A stretch of DNA of 59,342 nt, filler included. It is 7 parts of 7 records of this genome, joined end to end, with 100 filler letters (N's around TTAATTAATTAA, not from the genome) between each part and the next. Parts side by side here need not be neighbours in the genome. Positions count along the whole stretch, not along the records: positions 26,682 to 37,714 come from SRR31147125_5962; positions 37,815 to 42,936 come from SRR31147125_6003; positions 43,037 to 50,331 come from SRR31147125_6006; 4 more parts are not named here. One strand, 5' to 3'. The translations under genes and the position numbers were made by a program. Under the pieces are notes generated by a model. It ran no database searches. It was not told the origin of the DNA and saw only the letters and a program-made list of their open reading frames with translations. This document shows positions 33,310 through 44,207 of the stretch, in pieces (position 1 is the first letter of the stretch; each line of letters opens with the position of its first letter).

Positions 33310-34620
33310 TCAGACTCTTTTGGGAACAACATAAGGTTCTCTATAATTTCGTGTCAACATTTTATCCGCTTCCGGATCATTTACAAATCTTTCCTTGGAA
33401 GGATCAAAATTCAGTACCCGTCCGAGGCGATAGGCAATATTACCAAGATGAGCCAAACCGGAAGACAGATGAGCTGTTTCAACAGGACCATTCAAGATGG
33501 ATTTATCATGTGCTCGAACAGCATCAATAAAATTCTTGTAATGATCACCGCCTGCTTCACCACTGGGACCCACTTCCTTCTTTTTGCCCAGAAAGGTTTC
33601 ATATTTGCTGTAACCCTTGACGACCATATATCCTTCACTACCATAAAAGATATTTCCGACTCCAGCACCATCTTCGGCATTAGTACACCATGGACGCACC
33701 TCAAATTCAATAATCTTTTTCTCTTCCGGATATAAATAGGTGGAAGAAAGAACCTCTGGAGTTTCTTTACAGTCATCCCACAGGAATTTGCCACCCATGG
33801 CTGTTATTTGCTCCGGAAAGCCGACATCCAGGCCCCACATACACAAATCGGTCTCGTGAATACCCTGGTTTCCAACATCGCCATTACCAAAATCCCAGTG
33901 CCAGTGCCAGTTATAATGCACAAGGTTTCTGGTGAACGGACGTTCCTGAGCCGGACCTGTCCACAGGTCATAATTTAAATAGTCTGGTACGGGTTCGAAG
34001 GGTTTGTTGCCAATGTCACCTCTCCAGCGAAAAACCAGACCGCGAGCCATATATACGTCGCCAATAAGGCCATCACGCAAATGTTGAATTGCTTCCTGAA
34101 TTGCTGCAGAACTTCTTAACTGAACACCATGTTGGACAATACGATCATATTTGGTCGCAGCCTCAACCATCTTGCGGCCTTCGTAAATATTATGGGATCC
34201 GGGTTTTTCAACGTAAACATCTTTACCAGCCTGACAGGCCCATATGGTTGCCAAAGCATGCCAATGATTACATGTTGCTATACTGACAGCGTCGATATCT
34301 TTATCTTCATAGACTTTACGCAAATCCTGTTCGATTTTCACCTTTTTGTCATATTTTTCTTTGAAATCCTTCTTGCGTTCCTGCAGAACCTCTTTGTCCG
34401 GATCGCAAAGAGTGACAACTTCAACGTTTTCCAGGTTCATAAAACCTTTAATATGGCTCTTACCACGACCGTGTACACCAAGTACGGCGACTCGAATCTT
34501 GTCGTTGGCGCCGAAAACACTTTTGGGAATAATTGTAGGAGCGGCCATAACTCCGGCAGCTACACCAGCTGATCCCTTTATAAATGTTCTTCGGGTCACA
34601 GTATTTTTTCCTGTCTCCAT
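33310..34620 (-). CDS. Tat-exported Gfo/Idh/MocA oxidoreductase
   Basis: 'TRRTFIK' Tat signal; 'GVHGRG', 'DVYVEKP', 'GNQGIHETD'. Confidence 0.92.
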   Translation of the reverse strand: METGKNTVTRRTFIKGSAGVAAGVMAAPTIIPKSVFGANDKIRVAVLGVHGRGKSHIKGFMNLENVEVVTLCDPDKEVLQERKKDFKEKYDKKVKIEQDLRKVYEDKDIDAVSIATCNHWHALATIWACQAGKDVYVEKPGSHNIYEGRKMVEAATKYDRIVQHGVQLRSSAAIQEAIQHLRDGLIGDVYMARGLVFRWRGDIGNKPFEPVPDYLNYDLWTGPAQERPFTRNLVHYNWHWHWDFGNGDVGNQGIHETDLCMWGLDVGFPEQITAMGGKFLWDDCKETPEVLSSTYLYPEEKKIIEFEVRPWCTNAEDGAGVGNIFYGSEGYMVVKGYSKYETFLGKKKEVGPSGEAGGDHYKNFIDAVRAHDKSILNGPVETAHLSSGLAHLGNIAYRLGRVLNFDPSKERFVNDPEADKMLTRNYREPYVVPKRV

Positions 34621-35029
34621 AATACCTCTACCTTTCATTTAATTGTGATAAATTAGATATTTATAAAATGAAATGAAAATGACTCAGAAGGATAGAATGA
34701 GTGAATCTATATTCTACAGCATTGAAATCCTGTTAATATATTATAGAATAATTTATGTCAAATTCAAGTACTAATTGGGAGCTCAAGTTTGATTCCCGGA
34801 TTTCCATAAACATCAAGATCTACTTTACTAATAGTCCAAATTCATGATGATTTTTAATGACTTTCTTATTGATATTTCATTCAGGAACTCGTATTATATT
34901 TTGTATGATATAAATTTCACCTAAATAGTATTTCTCACGTCGTTTTTTTTCAAAAAAAACACACATGAAAGACGTATAGAGAAAAGAAATACAATATTTT
35001 GTGATAGTTATAATTTAGGAGACAGTAAT

Positions 35030-36487
35030 ATGAAAAATCCTGTAATTTTCGTACTTTTATTATGTTTTGCTGTTATGGCTTTTGCAGAAAAGAACTATGA
35101 CTCCACCTGGGAGTCCATCAATAGTCGGCCAACTCCGGACTGGTTTCAGGATGCAAAATTCGGTATTTTTATTCATTGGGGACTCTATTCCGTGCCAGCC
35201 TGGGGACCTGTTGGTAGATACGCCGAATGGTACTGGTATCATTTCACAAACAAAAATCATGAGGGTGCCGAATTTAACTTTCACCTACAAAATTATGGCA
35301 AAGATTTTAAATATGACTATTTTGCCCCCATGTTTAAATGTGAGATGTATGACGCAGATCACTGGGCAGAAATTTTTAAAAGATCCGGTGCAAAATATGT
35401 AGTACTAACCTCAAAACATCATGAAGGATATTGTCTGTGGCCCAGTGAACAAGCCAATAAAACATGGGGACGACCATGGAACAGTGTGGATATCGGCCCA
35501 AAACGCGACCTGCTGGGCGAATTAATGCAAGCAGGAAGAAAAGTAGACCTGAAAATGGGCTTTTACTATTCTCTTTATGAATGGTACAATCCGCTCTGGT
35601 TGACAGACCGCAAGCGTTATGTAGAAGAACACATGCATCCACAATTTAAAGATGTTGTCAACCGGTATGCCCCGTCCATCATTTTTTCCGACGGTGAATG
35701 GGATATGCCAAGCCAGGACTGGAAAAGTCCGGAACTGTTGGCCTGGTTGTTTAATGAATCCCCGTGCAAAGATTATGTCGTCATTAACGATCGATGGGGC
35801 AAAGAATGCCGCCATAAAAACGGCGGTTATTTTACAACTGAATACACAAGCGGACTGGATGTAGGAGATCATCCCTGGGAAGAAAGCCGGGGAATGGGCC
35901 ATTCATATGGTTACAACAGAGCCGAGACCATTGATGATTACAAATCCGGCCGGGAACTGACACTGATGCTCATCGATCTGGTCAGCCGGGGTGGAAACCT
36001 GTTACTGGATATCGGCCCCACCGGAGATGGTCGTATTCCCACAATTATGGAAGAACGATTAGTTGAAATCGGTCACTGGCTTGATATAAATGGCGAGGCC
36101 ATTTATGGTACCAAACCGTGGAAGAAATCGCGTCAATGGAGCGAAGGTGAGATCCCAAAGGTAAAATATGGCGATCAATACATGGTCAAGTATGATGTTA
36201 TGGAAATTATTAAAGATCCAAAAGACGGTAAAGCCGCCCTCGATGCCTTTTTCACCTCAAAAGATAATAATCTTTACGTCATCTTTCCCAGATGGCCGCA
36301 AAACAGTAAATTTTATTTAAAAGACGTAAACGTCGCAAAAAATTCCAAAATCACTCTTTTAGGCCTACAAAAGAATTTAAACTGGAAAAAAAACAAGGAT
36401 GGCATTGAAATCGACCTTCCGGTCCTGACCAATGATGGATCTCTCGATCCCATTGCCTATGTCCTCAAAGTGACAGACATCAAATAA
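35030..36487 (+). CDS. Alpha-L-fucosidase (GH29), secreted
   Basis: Signal peptide; 'KFGIFIHWG', 'AEWY', 'SKHHEG', 'FSDG', 'NDRWG'. Confidence 0.93.
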   Translation: MKNPVIFVLLLCFAVMAFAEKNYDSTWESINSRPTPDWFQDAKFGIFIHWGLYSVPAWGPVGRYAEWYWYHFTNKNHEGAEFNFHLQNYGKDFKYDYFAPMFKCEMYDADHWAEIFKRSGAKYVVLTSKHHEGYCLWPSEQANKTWGRPWNSVDIGPKRDLLGELMQAGRKVDLKMGFYYSLYEWYNPLWLTDRKRYVEEHMHPQFKDVVNRYAPSIIFSDGEWDMPSQDWKSPELLAWLFNESPCKDYVVINDRWGKECRHKNGGYFTTEYTSGLDVGDHPWEESRGMGHSYGYNRAETIDDYKSGRELTLMLIDLVSRGGNLLLDIGPTGDGRIPTIMEERLVEIGHWLDINGEAIYGTKPWKKSRQWSEGEIPKVKYGDQYMVKYDVMEIIKDPKDGKAALDAFFTSKDNNLYVIFPRWPQNSKFYLKDVNVAKNSKITLLGLQKNLNWKKNKDGIEIDLPVLTNDGSLDPIAYVLKVTDIK

Positions 36488-36580
36488 TGTTTCGTCGTAT
36501 CTGTGATGCAAATGAATTAAAATTCAGACTATTTTTTGGGGAAATATATGCGTTGCGGAATATTTGCGTCAAAGGCTATC

Positions 36581-36608
36581 TGCGTCCCAAAATACAATTT
36601 GGGACGCA
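36581..36608. repeat. GC-rich palindrome (terminator- or REP-like)
   Basis: TGCGTCCCAAA-ATACAA-TTTGGGACGCA, 11-bp stem. Confidence 0.55.
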
Positions 36609-36684
36609 ACTGACACAAGAAGCTATGCTTCACTAAAGTACAAAAAACCGACATTCGCCTCAATCAAAACCAATACCAAACAAT

Positions 36685-37714
36685 GTGGAGAATAAAGTGA
36701 ATAAAAGAACTCTTATTTTAACCACTATCCTCATTAGTCTTCTGATCAGCTTTTACAACCTGTCCGCCCAGGATAAACGTCCAATGACCCTCATAGATCT
36801 TCTTGAGGTGCCCTATCTGGACGATCCTCAACTCTCTCCGGATGGTCAGCAAGTTCTATACAGACTTTCGGAAAGTAATTGGAAAGAAAACAAACAAATT
36901 GCCCATATCTGGCGAATCAATTCTGATGGAACAGACGCCATCAAATTAACCAATGGCGCCAATAGTGAAAGCAGCGCTAGATGGTCGCCGGATGGTCAAT
37001 GGATCGCTTTTCTGGCCAAACGGGATTCAGATGAAGCAAAACAGATCTATCTCATCAGCAATAAAGGAGGAGAAGCACAACAATTAAGCGACCACGAGAC
37101 AGCTGTTTCAGATATAACCTGGTCGCAGGATGGTTTGTTTATTTATTTTCTCGCCAAAGAAGCGGAAACCAAAGAGGAAAAAGAACGAAAAGAAGCAAAA
37201 GATGATGTCTTTCCATTTGATGAAGATTATAAACAACAGCATCTGTGGAAAATATCCGTAACAAAAAAAACAGAACACCGAATCACAGAGGGACATTATT
37301 CCATCTCTAGCTACCATCTTTCACGAGATGGACAAAACATTGCCTTTCATAGAGCACCCACGCCTCTTTATGATGATTCGGATGAAGCAGAAGTATGGGT
37401 TATGAACAGCTCCGGTGAAAATACCAAACAGCTGACAAAAAACACTGTCGGAGAAGCGTTTGCTCAATTATCACCGGATAATTCACGTGTTTTGTTTGTC
37501 GCCGCATCCAATAAAGAGTTCGAACCCTATTATAATGAAAACCTGTTCATTGTTCCGGCCTCGGGTGGAGATCCTGAACTGGTTTTTCCGGATTTTCCTT
37601 ATGAAATACACAACGCGAGCTGGGGACAGGATAATCATTCGATCTTTTTGATTGCCAATATGGGTGTCCATAGTGAATTATTTCAGATCAATTTAAAGGA
37701 TAAAACGTACAAAC
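36685..37714 (+). CDS. S9-family peptidase N-terminal beta-propeller (PD40 repeats), 3'-truncated
   Basis: Signal peptide and repeated 'SPDG' blades; catalytic domain lies beyond the contig end. Confidence 0.75.
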
Positions 37715-37814
37715 NNNNNNNNNNNNNNNNNNNNNNNNNNNNNNNNNNNNNNNNNNNNTTAATTAATTAANNNNNNNNNNNNNNNNNNNNNNNNNNNNNN
37801 NNNNNNNNNNNNNN
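37715..37814. other. Artificial contig spacer
   Basis: N44-TTAATTAATTAA-N44. Confidence 0.99.
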
Positions 37815-38771
37815 AAAAATCGGATGAGAGTTCTTCAACCAATACATTGCCAAGACGAGAATAAATCTCGGCGACCCGTTGATATCTAACCGGATTGACC
37901 TCTCCAAGGGGAACCAAATCCGGAGCGATCAATCCTCTGCTCATCTCCGCTTCCAGCCTTAAATTCTCCCGATTCAAGGTGGGGGCATACTTTTCGATGA
38001 TCAGATCGATGATCTCTTCCGGGTATGTCAACGCGTAATCCCAGCCTTTGATCGTGGCGCGTCTAACCCGTTCCGCGCGACCGGGAAACCGTTTCAGCTC
38101 CCATTCCGTTGTAAAGAGGTTGTCTCCGTAAAAATTTACTCCATAATTTTGGGGGGTGATGATATTGATGTTCATTCCAAATCGTTTTGTTAGGTCAAAT
38201 AAATTGGTTAAATATGTTTCAATTACGTCTGCATCTCCTGTCAAAAAACTCTCAAGAGTTCTTCTTTGAGGGATAATTGTAACTTTATCTAAATCCCCCA
38301 GGGTATTGAGCAGCATGGCTGTCAAAATAATGTTGTCTCTTCCCGTCATTACTGTTTTTCCGATAAAATCGATAGGGGAGTGAATCCCCGAGCCTTCCTT
38401 ACTGATGTAAATCGATTGAGAATGCTGAAATATTTGCGCAACCAACACAACGGGATCTCCATTCAATCGATGGGATATCAGCTGGGAGTTTGAGATCCCG
38501 TATTCGGCTTCCCCTTTCAGTACACTTTGAACGGATTTTGTTCCACCATTGCGTGGAATCAATCGAACATCGAGTCCCTCATCTTTGTAAAACCCTTTTT
38601 CTTTTGCCGCATAGTATCCGGCAAACTGAAATTGGTGGTTCCATTTTAGTCTGATGGATATGGTCTCAAGATCTTTCGATGCAAAAAGGGGGAGGTATGC
38701 ATGACCCCAAAAAAGGTTAAGAGTGTAATAGTAAACCAGATCATAGTGATCGGTCGAAAAATGATACTCAT
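37815..38771 (-). CDS. NMT1/THI5-like solute-binding domain protein (probably the sensor part of a signalling protein), 3'-truncated
   Basis: 'LKWNHQFQFAGYYAA', 'FYGDNLFT', 'GWDYA'; hydrophobic N-terminus from ATG 38771 joins via a T-run slip near 38710. Confidence 0.75.
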
Positions 38772-39446
38772 AAGTCTTTTCAGAATGGGGTTCGAACCTC
38801 TTTGGGAATAGCATATCCGGCGGCTATTTGGAAAATTCATGAGTGACCTGTAAGTTAAATTTTTAAACGCACTAAAACTCAATCTTAATTCAAAGCCTTT
38901 AAATTGGTTTCATGGATATAAATTAAAACAAAAAATGGAGAACATTCGTTTACCACTTTCGAGTTTGAGGCTTTCGACATTTTTGTCGAAATAATGCAGT
39001 TTTTGTCGATATTTGGAATATACAGCCGTCATATCTTTCACGGGGGAATGTCGATTCAGGTCATGGTCTCCGTCATCCAATGGTGTTTTTCAGAGTATGA
39101 ATCGAAATGTCGGGTAGCAAACACCCAAACAGCTTTACATTGTTTTAATGACGATCATTTAATACCACATAATATTATTTTTTGCTACTTTAATAAATGG
39201 CATAAATAATGCATAATTTCAGCACCATGAGATGATATCCCAAGATATTCAATTTGATCGATTCGATATCAAATTTTCTGAATAGACAAATAGAGAACAG
39301 AAGGAGGTTGAAATGGTGCATCAGGATTCAAAAGAAACTAGAAAAGAATTGTTGAAACAAAAATTAAAAGGAACAATTTTCACAGACAGGGAAGAGATTC
39401 GGAAAAATAGGCCCTATAATCTCACATCCAAAGGGATACGCTAGGC

Positions 39447-40514
39447 ATGAAAATTCCATTGAAAAACAATTTGAGACGAAAGCCTAAATCCAATGTCAAT
39501 AGAATCCGCTCGAAGGGTTTCTTCGTTGACCGGTGCATTCTTTTCCCTTTAAGTGTCATCGGCATCTCCCTTATCATTCCGGTATTTTTCGTGATGACGG
39601 TACCATTGTCGGGATATTGTGACGAAGCTATCAACACCAGTATCAATGACACCAAAGAACAACGAATTGTCGGTGGTGAAGAAGCCTCCGATTCCTGGCC
39701 CTGGATGGCGGCTGTTGTATCCGGAGAGAATAACTTCGTGGATTTGGAATGCGGAGCGGTGTTGATCGATTCAAAGTGGATCCTGACTGCGGCGCATTGT
39801 GTCACAGACCCTCCGTTTGAAATTCTCATGGGGACGACCAATCTCTATGAGGCCGGAACACGAATTGGAGTGGAAAATGTCTACATTCATCCCGGATATT
39901 TCAACAGTGAAGGGACTTTAATGCCGGATATTGCACTGGTGGAACTTGAATCCGATGCTCCTTTTGAACCGATCAGTCTATATGAAGAATCCGATGCCCT
40001 TGTCGGGGTATCGGCGACCGTCATCGGATGGGGATCCACGGATGCATTCGGAAGAAGATATCCCAACGATCTAATGCAAGCAGAAGTTCCCATAGCCTCA
40101 TATGAGGTTTGCAATACCGCATATAACGGTATTCTAACCCAATACGAAATCTGCGCCGGATACCCGCAAGGGGGCGTGGACACTTGTACCGGAGACAGCG
40201 GTGGCCCCATGATGGTCTATGATGAAAACCAGTGGAAATTGCTGGGGATAACCGCTTGGGGACAAGGCTGCGCCGAACCGGGATATTACGGCGTCTACAC
40301 AAGGATCAGTGCGGTGGCGGACTGGATTGCCTGGCAAAAAGAAAAACCGTTCAAAAAATCCAAAGAGACATCCGATTCAACCAATTGTGCCTCATATGAT
40401 GCTGAGTCGGGAAGGATTCATGTCCCCTGCTTGGATCTGTTCGACGAACGATATTGGTTCGACTTTCAGATTGAAAATGATTATTTGAGAATTTATAATT
40501 ACGGGCAGCAATAG
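39447..40514 (+). CDS. Secreted trypsin-like serine protease (S1A)
   Basis: 'R|IVGG' activation site, 'TAAHC', 'PDIAL', 'DTCTGDSGGP'. Confidence 0.93.
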   Translation: MKIPLKNNLRRKPKSNVNRIRSKGFFVDRCILFPLSVIGISLIIPVFFVMTVPLSGYCDEAINTSINDTKEQRIVGGEEASDSWPWMAAVVSGENNFVDLECGAVLIDSKWILTAAHCVTDPPFEILMGTTNLYEAGTRIGVENVYIHPGYFNSEGTLMPDIALVELESDAPFEPISLYEESDALVGVSATVIGWGSTDAFGRRYPNDLMQAEVPIASYEVCNTAYNGILTQYEICAGYPQGGVDTCTGDSGGPMMVYDENQWKLLGITAWGQGCAEPGYYGVYTRISAVADWIAWQKEKPFKKSKETSDSTNCASYDAESGRIHVPCLDLFDERYWFDFQIENDYLRIYNYGQQ

Positions 40515-40671
40515 CATGACAGTGATATGCCACGGTTACGATTCGCATTCCGATCGGTGTTAAGATCATTTCACCCCTTCTTGATCATCTTTTTCCTCCA
40601 AACACCGGTCGGAGTGCCTATCTTCAGCGCCGGAACGGATTTATTCCATCCGGCGTCCATTTCTTTTTCCA

Positions 40672-41995
40672 TCATAACACTTTGGAAGCCAGTTCCGACA
40701 GATTGGATCGCTCCCCCTTTGCAGATTGACGTGGGCATAAAGCGGTTGATCTTTCATCTTGTCGATGACATAAGCAAGACCATTGGTCTGACTATCCAGA
40801 TATGGGTGATCGATCTGGTAAATATCACCGGTAAAGACAATTTTTGTTCCCTCCCCTGCCCTGGTGATGATGGTTTTCACCTCATGGGGCGTTAAATTCT
40901 GGGCTTCATCCACAATGAAAAAGACCCTGACTATACTTCTGCCTCTGATATAGGATAACGGAGTGATGACAATTTTCTCTTTTTCAATAAATTCACGGAT
41001 TTGATTATCCTGGGGGTTGCATTCATTAATCTGATTCTGGATCACCATCAAATTGTCGTACAGCGGCTGCATGTAGGGATCGAGCTTTGAACCGATATCT
41101 CCCGGTAAAAAACCGATATCTTTATTGCTAAGTGGAACGATGGGCCTGGCAATAAAGATTTGACGATATTTTCTTCTCATCTCAAGAGCGGCTGCCAGCG
41201 CCAGAAGTGTTTTTCCGGTACCGGCCTTTCCTGAAACGCTGACCAGGGGAATATTGGGATCCAACATGGCATTGAGGGCAAAAATCTGCTCGGCATTTCT
41301 GGGCTTGATTCCGTAACAGATCCTGGGCTCCACCCGTTTAATCCCTCTTTTCTTTTTATTATAGATGGCTAAAACGGAAAGACTTCCGTTTTTTAGAACA
41401 ACATTTTCATTGGCCAGGAACGGGTTACTTCCATTCAGCCTCTCCGATTCCAAATGGGAAGCAGATGCGTACATCTCTTCAATGAGTGAACTCTCTACAT
41501 TCTCAATGGTTCTGATGCCGGAATTGATTTCCGACAGGTTTTCCACATACTTGTTCTGGTAATTTTCGGTCTTGAGTCCTATGGATCTGGCTTTGAGCCT
41601 TAAGTTGACATCTTTGGAGACCAGCACGGTATTTCCAAATCCCTCCTCATCTTTATGGGCCAACTGATAGGCTACATTTAAGATTCTGTTGTCGGAGCTG
41701 TGCCCGGCAAAGCTCTTGCTGATTGTTTCATGGAGCTCTCCATCAATGAAGATGGAGATGTTGCCCTTGTCGACACCGATGGGGATACCGCCATTAAAGA
41801 TTCGATCACAGCTGATGGAGTCCAGGGTTCTGAGAAAATCCCTTGCATTGCAGTTGATGATGTCGTTGCCCTTTTTGAATCTATCCAGCTCTTCAATGAC
41901 GGTGATGGGAATGAAAATATCATTGTCTTCAAACTGATAAATGCAGGAGCTGTCATGGAGGATTACATTGGTGTCAAGAACAAACTTTTTTTCAT
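40672..41995 (-). CDS. PIN-PhoH ATPase (YlaK/PhoH2-like); two frameshifts
   Basis: N-terminal PIN 'FVLDTNVILHD..EELD'; Walker A 'GKAGTGKT', 'IRGRS', 'DEAQN', 'TGDIYQID'; slips at 41986-41992 and near 40719. Confidence 0.9.
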
Positions 41996-42409
41996 AAAAA
42001 TCTCCGTTGATTGGTGAACTATGACCGATTTGATCTGATTCTGTTCAGATGGGACTACATGACCATAGTAAACATTTGTTTTTGAATTATTAAGATCAGG
42101 CTAAAGTTTCATTAGGCTCGACTGATCACAGATCGTTCAGACAATTTGCCCAAAAGGAGACTGTTGTACATCTGAATCTTAGTCCAATAGAAATCTAATT
42201 CCAATATCCATCTAACATCAATGAGTTAGCCGTCATGAATTTTGAGATTGCCGTAAGGGAGTCAGCGATTATTGATTTGCCATTTACAATTTAGATTGTT
42301 TTATGAAGACGGACTGAATGGAATTGATACTATGTTGTCTGGGGCTCACTCTTCCGATTTTGGTCATCAATCGTTATTTTGAACAGATAACCAAAAAGAA
42401 CAAGGGGGC

Positions 42410-42433
42410 TTAAGGGCCTTGTCAGGCCCTTAA
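42410..42433 (-). terminator. Hairpin downstream of the cupin gene
   Basis: TTAAGGGCCT-TGTC-AGGCCCTTAA, 10-bp stem. Confidence 0.55.
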
Positions 42434-42455
42434 CGACATAAAGACCTCTGACCGA

Positions 42456-42783
42456 TTATTTATTTGGCAGATAATCCTCCCTCACCGGCGAGAAAACTTC
42501 AATGGCCACTGAATCCCGGATCACCTCCGCTCCATGACTCACCCCCTGCGATGCACCAGCTATCTCCCGGTTTTGCATGATGCCGCTCTTCTCCAACGAT
42601 CAATACCATCTCCCCTTCAACAAGATATCCTGTCTGCTCATGGGGATGCGCATGCATGGGTAACATCGCGCCCTTTTTCAATTTAAACTCAGTCATTAAG
42701 GATTTCTCACCGAATACAAGTGTTTTCTGTTCAATCCCCGTAATGGGTTGATGGTAGCCTTCTTTACTTGTTGCTTGAAACAT
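42456..42783 (-). CDS. Cupin-domain protein; one frameshift
   Basis: 'HAHPHEQTGY', 'PGDSWCI'; correcting the run near 42544 gives 'HGAEV..AIEVFSPVREDYLPNK*'. Confidence 0.85.
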
Positions 42784-42936
42784 GGTCTCTCCTTTTTTCA
42801 TTGCCAAAAACCGTTGGATTTCGATTCCTCATACCTGACAAGTCTTCAATAATAATTGTTTTACACTAAGTACAGGAGCAAATTACATTCGATGTTTTTT
42901 CCTTAGGGATTCTATCGAATTAATTCTGGTTGGGTA

Positions 42937-43036
42937 NNNNNNNNNNNNNNNNNNNNNNNNNNNNNNNNNNNNNNNNNNNNTTAATTAATTAANNNNNNNN
43001 NNNNNNNNNNNNNNNNNNNNNNNNNNNNNNNNNNNN
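42937..43036. other. Artificial contig spacer
   Basis: N44-TTAATTAATTAA-N44. Confidence 0.99.
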
Positions 43037-43061
43037 TATAACTAAAGTACTTTAAAAGTAC

Positions 43062-44126
43062 TTAAAAGTTAAAGCCTATAGAATAAACATGGACAGCGTC
43101 GAACTGGGTGTCCTGTGTGCTCTTGTAGGCGTAATCGATTTTGACATTGCCCATGGGCAAATCAAGATTTACACCACCACCGAGAGTCAAACCTTCGGAC
43201 GTATAGTTGAATTTGTAACCACCACGAATGTAGAGCATATTGTTGAAGGAATATTCTATACCTGCATTAATACGCTCACTCCAGTCACGAGGGTGCATAT
43301 AATCTACATTAAACAGCAGATCCATGTTTTCGCTTGTTTTGTTGAGCATTTTAAAAACACTGCCGCTGACACCAAAACGGAATGTCAGTGGAATGTCATA
43401 ACCATCTCGTTCGTATTCGACTTCCTGGCCAAAGTTACGGAAACTCATCGCCAGTTGCATGTCACGAAAACCGGTATTGTAAACAGTACCAAAATCCATG
43501 ACAAAGATCGTTGTCTTGGCATCATGTTCTTCCTGTAACCAGGAACCATCAGGTTTCTGATAGGAAATTTTTGAAGACACGTTTCCACCTAACAGATCCT
43601 GGTGAGCTATTTTAACCTGACCACCGATAGCAAACTGTTCAGAGATCTGACGAGCATAGCCGAGGCCAATAGCATATTCGGATGGTTCCATCTCTCCGAT
43701 ATCGCGATAGCCGCCAGGCGCAGATGCGTCAATTTCAGTTGCCATAATCGGATCACCATAATTGTAAAAGAGTGCACTAACGCCAAACACACCGAGTGCG
43801 CCAAAATTTTTGGCAAAAGCGGCTGTCTGGACGCTGGTATCCAACAGGTAATCCATATTTCCTAACATAACGGAATTTTTCTCAATGTAAGCAATGCCTG
43901 CAGGGTTGTAGAATAACGAGGAGGCGTCTCCTGTTACCGCAGAACCTGCATCTCCCATAGCCATGAAGCGGGCGCCGCCACCTAATGATAAGAACGGCAT
44001 AGCTGCTTGTCCGGACCTTTTCCAGCCTTCCAGGTCTTTTATCATATCCGGGCTTTGAGCCAGCACCGGAAAAGTCATAGATAAAAGTAAAGTCAGAACA
44101 AGAAGGAGTTTTAGATAAAATTTCAT
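43062..44126 (-). CDS. PorV/PorQ-family outer-membrane beta-barrel
   Basis: Signal peptide; 'FLSLGGGARFMAMGDA..SSLFYNPAG'; amphipathic strands; C-terminal Phe. Confidence 0.85.
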   Translation of the reverse strand: MKFYLKLLLVLTLLLSMTFPVLAQSPDMIKDLEGWKRSGQAAMPFLSLGGGARFMAMGDAGSAVTGDASSLFYNPAGIAYIEKNSVMLGNMDYLLDTSVQTAAFAKNFGALGVFGVSALFYNYGDPIMATEIDASAPGGYRDIGEMEPSEYAIGLGYARQISEQFAIGGQVKIAHQDLLGGNVSSKISYQKPDGSWLQEEHDAKTTIFVMDFGTVYNTGFRDMQLAMSFRNFGQEVEYERDGYDIPLTFRFGVSGSVFKMLNKTSENMDLLFNVDYMHPRDWSERINAGIEYSFNNMLYIRGGYKFNYTSEGLTLGGGVNLDLPMGNVKIDYAYKSTQDTQFDAVHVYSIGFNF

Positions 44127-44207
44127 TATTCTTCTCCTTTTATATTCTCTCATTTATGAGTACCCATATTCTTATAAATACGTTTAGGTACACACCGGAA
44201 AAACAGA

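Noticed and set aside
40672-41995. PhoH as a phage marker or a toxin-antitoxin module
   Set aside because: PIN-PhoH fusions are common chromosomal genes, and no phage or antitoxin genes are nearby
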